From positions 15,048 through 79,047 of the forward strand of contig MFUZ01000003.1 in NCBI GenBank assembly GCA_001785865.1: 64,000 nucleotides of DNA, given 5' to 3'. This stretch comes from Candidatus Nomurabacteria bacterium RIFCSPLOWO2_01_FULL_41_18 (GTDB lineage Bacteria > Patescibacteriota > Minisyncoccia > Phycocordibacterales > UBA9973). The position numbers and the translations under genes are program-made. The notes below the pieces were generated by a model that ran no database searches, had not been told where the DNA came from, and worked only from the letters and a program-made list of their open reading frames with translations. How positions within the stretch are numbered: the stretch's first letter is position 1; every line of letters starts with the position of its first letter. Positions 55,307 to 64,000 of the stretch are shown here, one piece after another.

Positions 55307-56427
55307 AAATTATTCATGTTATTACAGGTCTTAATGTCGGTGGGGCTGAAATGATGCTGTATAAGATCTTGCAACATTCCTCCGGCAAAGAATTTCTACA
55401 TGAAGTGATATCTCTCACAGATGTCGGTTTAGTTGGTGAGAAGATACAAAAGCTTGGTGTACCCGTGCGCGCTCTTAATATGAAAGAAATTGATTTACCA
55501 ATTACGGTTATTCGTCTTGCGCTCTGGCTCCGAAAGAGTAATCCTGATGTTGTGCAGACTTGGATGTATCATGCAAACCTTGTTGGCGGACTCGCGGCGA
55601 CGCTCTGTTTTAAGAAAATACCAGTTGTGTGGGGGATAAGACAAAGTGATCTTAATCCAAAACTGAATAAGCGGAGGACTATATTGGTCGCACAAGTTGG
55701 AGCTTTTCTTTCTCGCTTTATTCCTGGGAATATTATTATAAATTCAATACGAGGTAAAAAAAATCACGAAGCTTTGGGATATGAAGCAAGTAAAATGGTT
55801 GTAATTCCAAACGGTTTTGATTTAAAAGTGTTCCGTCCCGACACAGAAGCGAGAATTTTGTTTCGTCAAAAGATAGGAATTTCTCCAACGTCTTTTATTA
55901 TTGGATCTGTCGCGCGGTTCGATCCATCAAAAGATCAAAAAACTCTCATCCAGTCGGCTAAAATTTTGCTCAACGGATACAAGGATCTGCATTTTGTTTT
56001 GTGCGGTAGGGGAATGACTGATAAAAATAAGCTGCTCACAGAATGGATTAACGAAATAGATATAGCTCCCCGGTTACACCTTTTAGGTGAGTGTGAGGGC
56101 ATAGAAAATATTACCGCTGCTTTTGATGTTGCCGTGCTTTCTTCGGTTTCAGAAGGATTCCCGAATGTGATAGGAGAGGCGATGGCTTGTGGCGTTCCTT
56201 GTGTTGTAACCGACGCAGGGGATTCTGCCTATATTGTCGGAGATACTGGTTTGATGGTGCCGCCTAGTGATCAGGTGGCTTTAGCTAATGCCTTTCGGCA
56301 GATGATTGAGATGAAAGATATAGAACGTAAGGCGCTCGGGGAACGAGCGAGGAAGCGTATAGAGGAAAATTTTTCTATTGATCTGGTTGTTAAAAAATAC
56401 ATAGAATTGTATACTAGTTTGGCATGA
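55303..56427 (+). CDS. GT4 glycosyltransferase (WbnK-like)
   Basis: GGAEMML, QTWMYHA, IPNG, SEGFPNV.GEAMACG. Confidence 0.92.
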   Translation: MKIIHVITGLNVGGAEMMLYKILQHSSGKEFLHEVISLTDVGLVGEKIQKLGVPVRALNMKEIDLPITVIRLALWLRKSNPDVVQTWMYHANLVGGLAATLCFKKIPVVWGIRQSDLNPKLNKRRTILVAQVGAFLSRFIPGNIIINSIRGKKNHEALGYEASKMVVIPNGFDLKVFRPDTEARILFRQKIGISPTSFIIGSVARFDPSKDQKTLIQSAKILLNGYKDLHFVLCGRGMTDKNKLLTEWINEIDIAPRLHLLGECEGIENITAAFDVAVLSSVSEGFPNVIGEAMACGVPCVVTDAGDSAYIVGDTGLMVPPSDQVALANAFRQMIEMKDIERKALGERARKRIEENFSIDLVVKKYIELYTSLA

Positions 56428-57872
56428 ATATTTTTATAGGACTTCTTTTTATTTTAGGTCTTTCAGGTGTCTTGGGAGCGATTATGTGGAAGCTCGGTAT
56501 GCGCGATAGGCGAGCGTATATTTTATTTGGAATTTCTTTATTGATACATATTCTCGCGGTTCTTTTTATTTATGCATTTGACTTTCAACCTTTTAGTGGA
56601 GGCGGGGGAGATTATGGTAGCTATCACAAAACCGCTGTGCTCATTACCGACGAAATCGGACAAGGGAATCTTTTGCCAGACATAGAAATAAGAGGGGTTC
56701 CCCACCACTTTCCCACTATTATTGGGTATGTTTATTTTTTCACTGTCCCCTCTATGGTGGTCGGGCAACTTTTCAATGCATTTGTTGCATCAGTGGGGAT
56801 TATGCTCTTATATTTTATAGTACTTGAATTCTCACAATCGTTTCGGTGGGCGTTTGGTATTGGGCTCTTGGCAAATCTGTATCCCAGCTTTTTATTTTAC
56901 TCCAGCTTGCTCCTGAAAGATGTTTTTGTAGTTTTATTTGCGCTGGTGGGAGCGTTTCTAATGCTTCGTATTTTGAAACGTTTCTCTTGGGGATTATTTG
57001 CATTGTTTTATATATCCCTAATAGCACTGACTCACTTCCGTTTCTATGTGGGGATTGTTCTTTTGATGGCCTTTTCTATTTCTTGGTTTTTGCTTTCGAG
57101 CAAACCGATCAAAGCGCGTTTTGCTTATGGGCTTGGGATGATCTTTCTGCTCGGTTTTATTCCACAGATGTTTGGAATGGGATACTATGGATTTTCAACA
57201 CTTCGGCATTATACAAATCCAGATACCCTTACTTATTACCAGGATATTGCTTATACAGGCAAAGATGTTGCTTCGCCCTCATCCGTCCCACCTGCCCCTG
57301 ATGTTGTCTCTCCGCCTCCACCTGCCCCATCTACGCCTGTTGATGTTACTCCTTCATCATCTGCCCCACCCACGCCTATTGTTGATCCCGTACCTCCTCC
57401 CACCCCATCTACACCTTTTGGTGAGCTTTTAGAAGAGTCTTCATCTTCAGGAGAAAATAGTGGTTTTACTTCTACGGTTGATTTAAAAGTTAGTTTCGGA
57501 AGCCCTATGGCATTTATTACCACCTTCCCTAAATCTTTTGCTTTTGTGGCAATTGGTCCGTTTCCTTGGCAGTTCACTGCAGATAGACATTACCTCGCTC
57601 TCTTAGAAACAATTCCATGGACTATTCTAAGTGTTTTGGCGTTGTTAGGTATCATACATACATTACGATCTCGACACAGAGTATTGTCACTTGCGATATT
57701 TAGTTTCGGGCTTTTCCTTATCCTTACCATTTATATAAATAATTTTGGCATTACAACACGCATTCGCATGCCGGCGTTTTTCTTGTTGCTTGCCTTTGTT
57801 CCGTTTGGGGTTGTTGAATATCAACGTTGGAAATATTATATTTATAATTTTCTGTATGGAAACAAAAAGTAA
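56424..57872 (+). CDS. Polytopic membrane protein (Wzy/GT-C-like) with Pro-rich loop
   Basis: Multiple TMs, GD...Y, LLKD, PFPW, N.G...R.R; Pro/Ser/Thr tract at ~57270-57420. Confidence 0.7.
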   Translation: MNIFIGLLFILGLSGVLGAIMWKLGMRDRRAYILFGISLLIHILAVLFIYAFDFQPFSGGGGDYGSYHKTAVLITDEIGQGNLLPDIEIRGVPHHFPTIIGYVYFFTVPSMVVGQLFNAFVASVGIMLLYFIVLEFSQSFRWAFGIGLLANLYPSFLFYSSLLLKDVFVVLFALVGAFLMLRILKRFSWGLFALFYISLIALTHFRFYVGIVLLMAFSISWFLLSSKPIKARFAYGLGMIFLLGFIPQMFGMGYYGFSTLRHYTNPDTLTYYQDIAYTGKDVASPSSVPPAPDVVSPPPPAPSTPVDVTPSSSAPPTPIVDPVPPPTPSTPFGELLEESSSSGENSGFTSTVDLKVSFGSPMAFITTFPKSFAFVAIGPFPWQFTADRHYLALLETIPWTILSVLALLGIIHTLRSRHRVLSLAIFSFGLFLILTIYINNFGITTRIRMPAFFLLLAFVPFGVVEYQRWKYYIYNFLYGNKK

Positions 57873-58743
57873 TAAACTACCACTTATTGTTCTGGCGACA
57901 TATTGGAACGAAAGTCGTTTTGTTCAGCCTTCGTTAGCACAAATTGAGGAATTGAATCCGGTTGAGGTTATTATTTGTGATGGGGCATTTAATCCGAAAA
58001 TCCTTGACCATTCAACAGATGGCACTAGAGAAATTCTTGAGAACTTTATTGAAACACATAAAAATGCGCGCGTTGTTTCTCCTATTCGCCCAGGGATTCT
58101 AAAATCAGCTTGGCTATTACTTCTTGGACATAAACATCTTCCATGGTGGACAATATTTAGATTTGCTAGGTGGAAATTTCTCATTGTGTCAATGATAAGG
58201 ACACCATATCAGCGCAATGAGGGGTTAAATTTTCAACACATGATAAGTTTGTCTAAGGAATGGAAGCCGGGTGCATGGTTTATGACGTGTGACTCGGATC
58301 AATTCTTTAGCGATGAGATGATGGAAAAGATAAAGAAAATTATAAGCGATGGACAATTTGATTTAGACTTGATAACGGGGAACGAGATGACCTTTTTTAG
58401 AGACTTTAAGCATTATGTAAATTCTTATGAGAAGCGCATTTTTAATAATATGCCCCACCGTATCTATAGTGACACCAACATTCAGCCCCAGAGAAGTGTG
58501 ATAAGGGAAACTAGGTCCGGGAGTTTGATGAATCCACGCGATATCTTGGCAAAGCATTTGTATGTACGTTTTGGTAAACAATTGCATGCTGGAACATATT
58601 TTCACTATAAACTCAATTCAAGAGAGCGTCATGACTTGGGCTATAAAATTGGAGACCGCAAAAAACCGAATCCGCAAGATTACCCAGAGCTGGATTTTAT
58701 TGGCGAACACCCACGTGTCATAATAGAGCATTTTAAGCTATGA
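57856..58743 (+). CDS. GT-A fold glycosyltransferase-like
   Basis: WNE, ICDG....STDGT, WF...DSDQ, FHY. Confidence 0.7.
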   Translation: METKSNKLPLIVLATYWNESRFVQPSLAQIEELNPVEVIICDGAFNPKILDHSTDGTREILENFIETHKNARVVSPIRPGILKSAWLLLLGHKHLPWWTIFRFARWKFLIVSMIRTPYQRNEGLNFQHMISLSKEWKPGAWFMTCDSDQFFSDEMMEKIKKIISDGQFDLDLITGNEMTFFRDFKHYVNSYEKRIFNNMPHRIYSDTNIQPQRSVIRETRSGSLMNPRDILAKHLYVRFGKQLHAGTYFHYKLNSRERHDLGYKIGDRKKPNPQDYPELDFIGEHPRVIIEHFKL

Positions 58744-59561
58744 AAACTTCACTTGTGTCAGTTGTTCTGCCAACCCGCAATCGCTTAAAAACGTTGCGTG
58801 ATGCGTTGGATAGTGTGCTTAATCAATCGTATTCTGATTTAGAAGTAATCTTGGTTGATGATTATTCAGACCAGGAAACCAAAGTTGGAATTGAGGAAAT
58901 AGTGCGAAAAGATTCACGCGTTAGAATTATAAGAAATGAAGAGAATATTGGATTTGTCCGTTCTTTAAATAAGGGTATCAGAGAATCAAGGGGAGAATAT
59001 ATTGCGAGGATTGATGACGATGACGCTTGGATGGATAAAGCAAAATTACTAAAACAAGTAGTGTTTTTAGACAAACACCCTCTGTATGCAGTTGTTGGCG
59101 GTGGCATTGTTCGAGTTGACGGTGATGGCAAAGAGATATCTCGGCAGCTTTTTCCTGAAACCGATGAGGCCATCAGAGGTATAATGCTTATTACAGATCC
59201 CATTGTACATGTCGCGGTTGTTTTTAGGAAAAAAGATTGGGAAAGTGTTGGGGGCTATGATGAAGAATTTGATTACTCACAAGATTGGGAACTATGGATG
59301 AAATTTGGCAAGCGCGGAAAGTATTATAACTTCCCAGAATATTTTGTGCGGTCTATTTTTTCAAAGGAAGGGCGCTCTAGTAAAAATATGCGTCACCACC
59401 TTTGGTTGGCTATAGTTGCAAGAAAGAGGTATAAAAATGAGTTTCCAAATTTTTTGAAGGGGTATATACTCGGCTGGTTATCATACTTATTTTCTTTTAT
59501 TTCCATCAGATATCGCGTTAGTTTCATCCTTACTAAAATAAAGAGGCTGTTTTTAAAATAA
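58740..59561 (+). CDS. GT2 glycosyltransferase
   Basis: VSVVLPTRN, VDD.S, N.G...SLN.G, IARIDDDD, QDWELW. Confidence 0.93.
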   Translation: MKTSLVSVVLPTRNRLKTLRDALDSVLNQSYSDLEVILVDDYSDQETKVGIEEIVRKDSRVRIIRNEENIGFVRSLNKGIRESRGEYIARIDDDDAWMDKAKLLKQVVFLDKHPLYAVVGGGIVRVDGDGKEISRQLFPETDEAIRGIMLITDPIVHVAVVFRKKDWESVGGYDEEFDYSQDWELWMKFGKRGKYYNFPEYFVRSIFSKEGRSSKNMRHHLWLAIVARKRYKNEFPNFLKGYILGWLSYLFSFISIRYRVSFILTKIKRLFLK

Positions 59562-59568
59562 ATACATA

Positions 59569-60384
59569 ATGAGAAAAATCATTAAGATAATAAGTTATTT
59601 GAGATATCTCCCAGTAATCATTTTTAAAATTAAAAATTGGCCAATTTTTTTATTGAATTATGCCCATCTTCGAAATACAGCCGCCGAATATATTTTCAGA
59701 AACGGTCTTAGAATAAAAACTTTTGACTCTGTTAGTGCTACTACTATAGCCGTAATTTTTATCAAAAGAGATTACGGTGGCATCCCTAATGATTCTGTTA
59801 TAATAGATGTCGGAGCGAATATAGGAGTTTTTTCAATATTTTCTGCTGGTAAAGGCAATGTTGTTTACAGCTACGAACCGATGCCAGACAATTTTCACTT
59901 ATTAGAAGAAAATATAAAGCTTAATAAACTAGAAAACAGAGTTTTTGCTTTTAATCTTGGAGTGGCGGCTAAGCGAGAGAAAAGAAAACTATATCTAGGC
60001 AAGTCGCCTTTTCACTCGTTTCTACCAGTGGGGAGTTCACCATTTAATGTTTTACATAATGACAGAGAAGGCGTAAGTAAACAAAGTTTTTTAGAAGTTG
60101 ATTGTATCTCTTTAAAAGATATTTTTGATGAAAATCAAATAAGTGAGTGCGATATTCTAAAAATAGATTGCGAAGGCGCAGAATACGAGATTTTATATAA
60201 TCTACCGGACATTTATTTTAAAAGAATTAAAGAAATTAGAATGGAGTATCATAATCACTTAAATCAATATAAGAATAATGGAGAGTATTTAAAAAGTTTT
60301 CTGATAAATAGGGGTTTTTCTGTTGAGAAATTAAAAAAGGGATCACCTTACCAGGGTGATGTTTGGTTTAAAAAAGTAGATTAA
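59569..60384 (+). CDS. FkbM-family methyltransferase
   Basis: DVGANIG, YEP, LKIDCEGAEY, MEYH. Confidence 0.92.
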   Translation: MRKIIKIISYLRYLPVIIFKIKNWPIFLLNYAHLRNTAAEYIFRNGLRIKTFDSVSATTIAVIFIKRDYGGIPNDSVIIDVGANIGVFSIFSAGKGNVVYSYEPMPDNFHLLEENIKLNKLENRVFAFNLGVAAKREKRKLYLGKSPFHSFLPVGSSPFNVLHNDREGVSKQSFLEVDCISLKDIFDENQISECDILKIDCEGAEYEILYNLPDIYFKRIKEIRMEYHNHLNQYKNNGEYLKSFLINRGFSVEKLKKGSPYQGDVWFKKVD

Positions 60385-60389
60385 ATTCA

Positions 60390-61562
60390 ATGCAGACAAA
60401 ATCCCAGACCAAAGTATGCCATATTGCAACTGTCGACATAGCCCTTAGATTTTTACTGCTTAATCAGCTACTTTTTCTAAAAAATAAGGGTTATGATATT
60501 TCGGCTGTTTGTTCGCCCGGACCATGGGTCTCCGAGATTGAACGATCAGGGATTAGAGTAAAACAAATTTCTATGACGCGCCGTATTACTCCATTGCGAG
60601 ATTTTACAGCTCTTGTGCGGCTTATACAATATTTTCGCGAACAAAAACCTGATGTGGTGCATACTCATACACCGAAGGCTGGATTTTTAGGTACGCTGGC
60701 GGCTAGGTTGGCTCGTATACCTATCATCATTCACACCAATCATGGCTTTTATTTTCATGAAAATTCTTCTTGGTTACACAAGCAGATTTTTATGTGGATG
60801 GAGTGCATTATAGCTTCCAATGCGCATTTAGTTTTCTCCGTGAATAAAGAAGACATAGTTGTGGCGGGAGAGAAGCATATTGCAGGTCCTAATAAAATGA
60901 AATATTTTGGCGGGTGGGTTAATATTGATAAGTACAATCCGAACCGTTTTTCTAAGGAATTTGTAATTAGTAAAAAGAAGGAGTTGGGGATTCCTGATGG
61001 AGTTCCCGTAGTTGGGATTGTAGCTAGACTAGTTAGGGAGAAAGGATACTTTGATCTTTTTGAAGCAATGAGGACGGTCGTTCTTAAATTCCCCAGCGCA
61101 TTACTTGTTTCTGTTGGGTTTACTGAACCAGAAAAAAAGGATGGATTTCAACCTGAGATTGCAAGTAAATACGGAATAGAAAACAACACTCTTTTTTTGG
61201 GGAAAAGAACAGATGTTGATGAAATTCTTCCAGTAATGGATGTTTTTACTCTTCCTTCGTGGAGAGAGGGAATTGGTACCTCTATTTTAGAAGCCTCGGC
61301 AATGGAATTGCCGGTTGTTGTTACAAATGTTCGTGGATGCCGTGAGGCAGTGGATGATGGGATAACCGGTAAACTTGTTCCGCATAAAAACGGAGATATG
61401 CTGGGAGAGGCACTTATCTCTATGCTAGAGCATCCTAAAGAGGCAAAGTTTATGGGCAAGGCCGGTAGACTAAAAATGGAAAAAGAGTTTGATGAGCGTA
61501 TTGTATTTGAGCGATTAGATAGAGAATATAAGAGATTGATTCAAACTAAACTTAAAAAATGA
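60390..61562 (+). CDS. GT4 glycosyltransferase (CapM/PglA-like)
   Basis: HTHTPKAG, HG, ARLVREKG, PSWREG....LEA. Confidence 0.92.
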   Translation: MQTKSQTKVCHIATVDIALRFLLLNQLLFLKNKGYDISAVCSPGPWVSEIERSGIRVKQISMTRRITPLRDFTALVRLIQYFREQKPDVVHTHTPKAGFLGTLAARLARIPIIIHTNHGFYFHENSSWLHKQIFMWMECIIASNAHLVFSVNKEDIVVAGEKHIAGPNKMKYFGGWVNIDKYNPNRFSKEFVISKKKELGIPDGVPVVGIVARLVREKGYFDLFEAMRTVVLKFPSALLVSVGFTEPEKKDGFQPEIASKYGIENNTLFLGKRTDVDEILPVMDVFTLPSWREGIGTSILEASAMELPVVVTNVRGCREAVDDGITGKLVPHKNGDMLGEALISMLEHPKEAKFMGKAGRLKMEKEFDERIVFERLDREYKRLIQTKLKK

Positions 61563-62143
61563 TGTATTTTATCGTAAAACGAATAATGGATATTACAATA
61601 AGCGCTCTCGCTCTTCTTTTGCTTGCTCCATTACTGTTTGTCATTGCTTTATTTATAAAAATGGATTCGCCAGGACCGGTATTTTTTGCGCAGTCGCGTG
61701 TTGGGTACAAAAAGAAGATTTTTAAGATTCTTAAGTTTCGCACGATGGCTAAAGATGCGGATAAGGTTGATATAGCTGTTCAACAAGTGAGAGATTGGGA
61801 GATCAATAGCAATGATCCAAGAGTTACACGGGTTGGGAAATGGTTGCGCAAGACGGGGGTGGACGAGATTCCACAGTTTTTTAATGTTTTGAAAGGAGAT
61901 ATGAGTTTGGTTGGCCCAAGACCGTATTATCAGCCTCGAATAGACGCCGATCCAAACCTAGAAGAGCGACTTTCCATAACACCAGGGTGTATTTCTTTGG
62001 CGATTGTGAGTGGAAGAGTACGCCTTTCTGAGGAAGAAATAAAAAAATATGACAGGGAATACCAAAACAAAAGAGGTTTATGGTTGGATATTAAAATTTT
62101 ACTTAAGGCTGTATATTTGGTAATATCAGGAAAGGGATTTTAA
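61559..62143 (+). CDS. Initiating phosphoglycosyltransferase (PglC/WcaJ-like)
   Basis: KRIMDI, GPVFF.Q.RVG, KFRTM, DPRVT.VG..LR...DEIPQ..NV.KGDMSLVGPRP. Confidence 0.93.
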   Translation: MMYFIVKRIMDITISALALLLLAPLLFVIALFIKMDSPGPVFFAQSRVGYKKKIFKILKFRTMAKDADKVDIAVQQVRDWEINSNDPRVTRVGKWLRKTGVDEIPQFFNVLKGDMSLVGPRPYYQPRIDADPNLEERLSITPGCISLAIVSGRVRLSEEEIKKYDREYQNKRGLWLDIKILLKAVYLVISGKGF

Positions 62144-62146
62144 ACT

Positions 62147-62533
62147 ATGGAAGACAGATTTAAAAACTGGTCAAGGCCGGATATTAAGGAAGGAGAATTA
62201 ACAAAGTGGCACTGGAAAGTTATTGGTGTTGACGGTTTTAAATTGGGCGACAAAACTGATATTGGTGCTTTTACTTTAATCAACGCCAAATATGGCGTTG
62301 TAATTGAAGATGAAGTACAAATCGGCGCGCATTGCGCAATTTATTCAGAGTCGACCATTGATGATAAGCGTGGCAAGGTAACGTTAAAAAAGAATTGTAA
62401 AATAGGCGCCCACTCTGTCATTTTGCCGGGGGTGACAGTGGGAGAGAATGCTGTGGTTGGGGCAATGTCGCTCGTTAAAAGTGATATACCTCCCAATGTT
62501 GTAGCTTTTGGTGTTCCGGCGAAGATCAAGTAA
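62147..62533 (+). CDS. Hexapeptide-repeat acyltransferase
   Basis: IGA/VILPGVTVGENAVVGA repeats, GVPAK. Confidence 0.9.
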   Translation: MEDRFKNWSRPDIKEGELTKWHWKVIGVDGFKLGDKTDIGAFTLINAKYGVVIEDEVQIGAHCAIYSESTIDDKRGKVTLKKNCKIGAHSVILPGVTVGENAVVGAMSLVKSDIPPNVVAFGVPAKIK

Positions 62534-62541
62534 ATAAATTT

Positions 62542-63675
62542 ATGACTTGGAAAATTCCCTTATTTAAATTGCATTCGGATAGCAAAGACATCAATGCTGT
62601 TTCCCGAATCATCAAAAGTGGTATGAATTGGGCAACTGGAGATGATATTGTTTTTTTTGAGCGGGAGCTTGCAGCATATGCGGGTGTAAAATACGCCGTC
62701 TCTTTCAGTTCCGGCACCGCGGCTCTACATGCACTTTTGCTTGCGCTTCACATCGGCAAGGGAGACGAAGTTATCGTGCCTTCATTTACCTTTATTTCCA
62801 CCGCAAATGCGGTTCTTTTTGTGGGAGCCACGCCGGTCTTTGCTGAGATTGAGCGCGAGACTTTTGGACTTGATTATAAAGATGTGGAACGAAAAATTAC
62901 TAAAAAAACCAAAGCTATCATTCCTGTTCACATCGGAGGGCTTGCTTGCAAGATAGAAGAGTTGAAGCGGGTGGCGGAAAAACATAAATTGTTGCTTATC
63001 GAAGATGCCGCTGAATCCCTTGGAGCAACCATCAAGGGGAAAAAAGTTGGTTCTTTCGGATGTGCGGGGATGATTAGTCTGTGCGGTCCAAAAGTTATCA
63101 GCACCGGCGAGGGTGGTGCTATTGTCACCGATTCCCGAGATATTTATGAACAATTAAGACTTCTTCGCTCTCACGGCCGAGCCGATACCAAGGATTATTT
63201 TAAAACCACTGAATATCTGGATTATATTCAGCTCGGGTATAATTTCCGACTTTCAAATATTCTTGCCGCATTGGGGCGCACTCAGCTCAAAAAGATTGAG
63301 AAATTGATTACCGCTCGCAGAAAAAATTCGGCTTATTTATCACAGCAACTAAAAAATATTCATGAAATTTCTGTGCCGACGGAACCCAAAAACAACCGCC
63401 ACATTTTTCAAATGTATATCGTGCGTGTGGGGGGAGGAAAAAATAAGCGAGATGCTCTGCAAAAACACCTAAATGAAAAAGGCATCATGGCAAAGGTGTA
63501 TTTTCCGCCAGTGCATCTATCTCAATTTTACAAATCGAAAGGATTCAAAAAAGGGCATCTTCCCGAAACCGAAGCGATATCGAATGAGGTTCTTACTTTG
63601 CCCATGTTTCCAACACTCACGAAACATGAAATGGATTTTATGGCAAAGGAGATAAAAGCATTTTTCCATGAATAA
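62542..63675 (+). CDS. DegT/DnrJ/EryC1/StrS sugar aminotransferase
   Basis: SSGTAALH, EDAAESLG, K.ISTGEGG, GYNFRL. Confidence 0.94.
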   Translation: MTWKIPLFKLHSDSKDINAVSRIIKSGMNWATGDDIVFFERELAAYAGVKYAVSFSSGTAALHALLLALHIGKGDEVIVPSFTFISTANAVLFVGATPVFAEIERETFGLDYKDVERKITKKTKAIIPVHIGGLACKIEELKRVAEKHKLLLIEDAAESLGATIKGKKVGSFGCAGMISLCGPKVISTGEGGAIVTDSRDIYEQLRLLRSHGRADTKDYFKTTEYLDYIQLGYNFRLSNILAALGRTQLKKIEKLITARRKNSAYLSQQLKNIHEISVPTEPKNNRHIFQMYIVRVGGGKNKRDALQKHLNEKGIMAKVYFPPVHLSQFYKSKGFKKGHLPETEAISNEVLTLPMFPTLTKHEMDFMAKEIKAFFHE

Positions 63676-64000
63676 ACTCATATCTTTTGTAAAACAGCAT
63701 AAAGTGTCTGTAACATTCTTTGCCGACCTTGGACTTGTTGCGCTTGCGACATATATGGCATTTTTGATTCGTTTTGATGGTGTCATTCCAAGAGCTCGGT
63801 ACGATGGATTTCTCTGGTTTATGGCCTCCGCGCTGATCATAACACCGATTGTGTTTGTTTTTTTTAGATTGTATCGTTTCCCCTATTCTTTTATTAGTTT
63901 GACCGACCTTCCTTCTATTGGGAAGGGAGTCCTTTTTTCTGTGTTTATTCTTGGTACCGGGCTCTTTCTTTTTCGCGACGCGCCACCATTTGAGGAATTT
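63668..64000 (+). CDS. N-terminal membrane domain of a PglF/CapD-like sugar dehydratase (3'-truncated by window edge)
   Basis: D...VALA...AFLIRFD...F..FRLY...F.SL.D pattern; follows the aminotransferase. Confidence 0.7.
   Translation, partial: MNKLISFVKQHKVSVTFFADLGLVALATYMAFLIRFDGVIPRARYDGFLWFMASALIITPIVFVFFRLYRFPYSFISLTDLPSIGKGVLFSVFILGTGLFLFRDAPPFEEF

Noticed and set aside
1435-63840. Numerous 60-170 aa ORFs antisense or out of frame to long genes in the ORF track
   Set aside because: They overlap well-supported genes and lack motifs or start signals; treated as shadow ORFs.
1-64000. tRNA, rRNA, tmRNA, transposase or prophage genes; alternative genetic code
   Set aside because: No cloverleaf/T-loop or rRNA signatures in intergenic gaps; no transposase, integrase or phage structural ORFs; conserved genes are full length under the standard code with TGA used as stop.

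Overview
AT-rich (visibly low-GC), gene-dense chromosomal window that looks like a Patescibacteria/CPR (Parcubacteria, Nomurabacteria-like) genome. This taxonomy is inferred from the alpha2-type GlyRS, IleRS with an inserted His-phosphatase domain, PaaX/Cas2-like gene, CPR-type S-layer protein and Shine-Dalgarno-less starts. Positions 1-34.6 kb are mostly housekeeping genes: comEC halves, sod, glyA, tmk, dut, argS, ileS, recO, glyS, M16 peptidase, metG, tatD, rpsF-ssb-rpsR, efp, recA and ftsK. Positions 35-64 kb hold an S-layer-like gene followed by a large surface-glycan locus (O-antigen ligase/OTase, Wzx, many glycosyltransferases, about 7 methyltransferases, a pglC/D/E/F-like module). The most striking signal is the accessory island between argS and ileS (7.15-12.6 kb). 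Four copies of a TTACGTAA-based palindrome, the outer two inverted, punctuate a transglutaminase-like gene, an unannotated Cys/His-rich 59-aa gene, a PIF1-like helicase, a stand-alone MORC-like GHKL ATPase plus Zn-ribbon gene, and an unannotated 58-aa AbrB/MazE-like gene. Other signals: a two-copy ~79-nt element with compensatory stem changes (217-295 and 33572-33650), a PaaX/Cas2-like gene bracketed by a shared palindrome, and several small palindromic repeats inserted in frame into recA, ileS and other proteins. I found no rRNA, tRNA, CRISPR array, integrase or transposase.
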